Shown one piece after another: positions 63,001 through 64,000 of a DNA stretch of 64,000 bases (position 1 is the stretch's first letter; the number at the start of each line of letters is the position of its first letter). The DNA comes from Candidatus Latescibacterota bacterium (GTDB taxonomy: Bacteria > Latescibacterota > UBA2968 > UBA8231). The stretch spans positions 512,001-576,000 of the forward strand of contig OZ244561.1 in the NCBI GenBank assembly GCA_965217585.1, read 5' to 3'. Below the pieces are notes generated by a model. The model did no database searches. It worked only from the letters and a program-made list of their open reading frames with translations, and was not told where the DNA came from. The position numbers were made by a program, and so were the translations under genes.

Positions 63001-63157
63001 CGGCCAGTCCCTCGTGGTAGAAAATGCGGAAGTGCTCGGTCTCCACCACCTGCCACGCGAGTTCCGGGTGGTTTTGGGCAAAGGACGCGCTCGTCCAGCC
63101 GAGTACTAGACAAAATACGCACAGGCCAGCCAGCAGCAGGGTCGTCAGTTTCCCCAT
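60041..63157 (-). CDS. Outer-membrane protein: gluzincin peptidase + PD40 propeller + Omp85/BamA-like barrel
   Basis: Signal peptide; VITHEFAH...PMWLAEG; WSPDG/YSPDG/FSPDG repeats; YRLGG...MKGY and amphipathic terminal strand YFTVLFGYL. Confidence 0.78.
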   Translation of the reverse strand: MGKLTTLLLAGLCVFCLVLGWTSASFAQNHPELAWQVVETEHFRIFYHEGLAGAAARAARIAEAAYASITELYGYAPDGRVRIVLKDHDDYANGAAFFYQDTIEIWATSLDHDFDLRGSSDWLRNVITHEFAHIVSLGAARKGVQRVPALYLQYFGYQREKNRPDILIGYPDVIASYPVMGTVVPMWLAEGAAQYGTATTGHDRWDANRDMVLRSLVLADEQLSFDQMGVFGKQGFGNEYVYDHGFGLVRYIAETYGEEKIAALYRAASQWHTLAIDGACKKVLGKSADELYGEWIESLRQGYQAQVAALGPLREGERIVDVGFSNLRPRLAPNGEQLAYLSTRKRHHYPHGLIVRDLATGEEEVAAFPAAASTVDWSPDGSRLLFSRIDRADKYGSRQADIYEWNSAAAGPSFWRNMLWLVPAMVSGTAPETPRVKRLTRGLRALYPTYSPDGEWIVFVQNKDTSNNLAMMRADGTGLRYLTHFADGTQLYTPRFSPDGRKLAFAISREGQRDLAVVQLDADAAAATPLLAEGAFDLAIATPGTDRDPAWSADGTEIVFASDFSGIFNIYALNLETLALRQITNTIGGAFSPSVGSEGELVFTAYTAAGFEIRQLQDEGTLVAAEEAWFSQDMPLDWRGTSAPALPGEPQAYGIDFLKTGILPRLFMDEGQFKAGAYLGAGDVLNRQSVFVGGAIAPTNADRDLFAIYEFKGFRPTFFLQVFNQRRHSARGDSSEARTIIVNAVNYSLSQLSAGVRGKLGRHGELTASATYDRYDASVESDCLVCKGDGQVGFERTAQRPFGYTYLNGFGLGLTYRMELIARRRDRDISPVGRQLYARYDRMFNYFIDGFNEQASFIDENYIKLFYNQFTVDWKEYMAMPANTRLGLRLYGGWIDSDAVNDTSRVGDFFDYRLGGLNFMKGYTFYSIEGRKALMGTATLRFPLLPDMGKRVAQLYFDKVYGAVYTSMGKAWDQNIGEWNERYGRDGPLRDVGGQLRFDLISYYSVPTRVQVDVAYGIDEVEYKGRWKSYFTVLFGYL

Positions 63158-63258
63158 AGAAGAGTTCTCCTCAGCTCGTAATACAATGATGCCTCTAGTA
63201 CTAAGGCGATCTCACTGCTGCAAAGGCACTCCTCTCGACCAGACAAAACGCCAACCCC

Positions 63259-64000
63259 TCACTGACTCACCGCCATTTTGACCACGGCTTCTCCTCGCCG
63301 CTCGTCGTCGCCGTGCGCGATCAATCGGCATAGATACAGGCCGCTCGCATAGCCTTCCACCGACCAAGTAACTTCGCGCTCACCGGCTGCCAAACCGTTG
63401 CTGCGGTGCTGCCAAACGCGCCCGCCCAACGCATCAAATACCTCCAATTCGATGCGCCCGGCCGCGCTCAGCGCAAAGCGCAAATGCGCCTCTTCATCGG
63501 GACCGACTGGATTGGGATAGCAATAGACCCGGCCTAGCAAGGCCGCCTCTGGCTCTACGACGGGCCGACCAGCAACCAGCGCAGCCCGCGACCCGGCCGC
63601 GTCGGCACCGGCCTGCGGCCAATGGGCCGGCCCCCCGGCGTACTGCGCCGCCACCTTAAGCAGATCCCACGCATACACGGCCGTGCCATCCAAAGCCGCT
63701 AGCGCCAGGCGGCCATCGCCATCTAAGTCCAATACCACCGGCGACGCCGTCGGGGGGGCGGCCATTAGCAGGGGGAAGTCCGGCAAGAGCCGCCCATCGT
63801 CGTCCACGCCGAAAATTCCGCTGTGGCCGGCGACGAATATCTCCTGCTTGCCGTCGGCATCCACATCGCAAAGCACCGGCTCGAAGACGATATCTCCAAC
63901 CTCGGCAAAGCGCGGCAAGGCCGCGGGGAAGTCGGCGTGGCGCAATCCGTCAGCTCGCAGGGCGTGTATCGCTCCATTCCGCGCAAGCAAAACCACTTCC
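63259..64000 (-). CDS. Secreted protein with FG-GAP/VCBS-like repeats and T9SS-type CTD; 5' end lies outside the window
   Basis: DVDADGKQE and DLDGDGRL repeats; YCYPNPV...VFDALG...ASGLYL CTD. Confidence 0.8.
   Translation of the reverse strand, partial: EVVLLARNGAIHALRADGLRHADFPAALPRFAEVGDIVFEPVLCDVDADGKQEIFVAGHSGIFGVDDDGRLLPDFPLLMAAPPTASPVVLDLDGDGRLALAALDGTAVYAWDLLKVAAQYAGGPAHWPQAGADAAGSRAALVAGRPVVEPEAALLGRVYCYPNPVGPDEEAHLRFALSAAGRIELEVFDALGGRVWQHRSNGLAAGEREVTWSVEGYASGLYLCRLIAHGDDERRGEAVVKMAVSQ

Overview
This GC-rich bacterial chromosomal window is almost entirely coding and holds about 52 genes. Gene content suggests the FCB group outside Bacteroidota, probably Latescibacterota-like; this is an inference from T9SS-type CTD proteins, a PorV-like gene, DUF5683-like genes and a C-terminal TWG motif. 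Housekeeping genes include galU, ilvBN, ppdK, parAB, larB, mobA, cyoE, ligA, argRBDH, cdaA, folP, ftsH, tilS, lexA, era, purD, folBK and panC. Accessory content comprises an envelope operon at 0.8-9.8 kb (LarA-family enzyme, CsgG/FlgT-like protein, TWG-tailed secreted protein, acyltransferase, TolB-like lipoprotein, GT-C glycosyltransferase), tandem M19 peptidases, tandem enolase-superfamily genes and a TonB receptor. A T9SS-like cluster at 54.7-64 kb is interrupted by a decayed restriction-modification islet. The main findings are: two candidate C-terminal export signals and their possible machinery; an unannotated remnant of an SphI-like HNH endonuclease; a frameshifted, internally deleted methylase; a DGA-to-DRA change in the diadenylate cyclase; a LexA box intermediate between the Gram-positive and Fibrobacter types; and frequent CTAG/CTA-G use in host genes. 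No tRNA, rRNA, CRISPR array or intact transposase was recognised. All family assignments come from reading motifs by eye, not from database searches.
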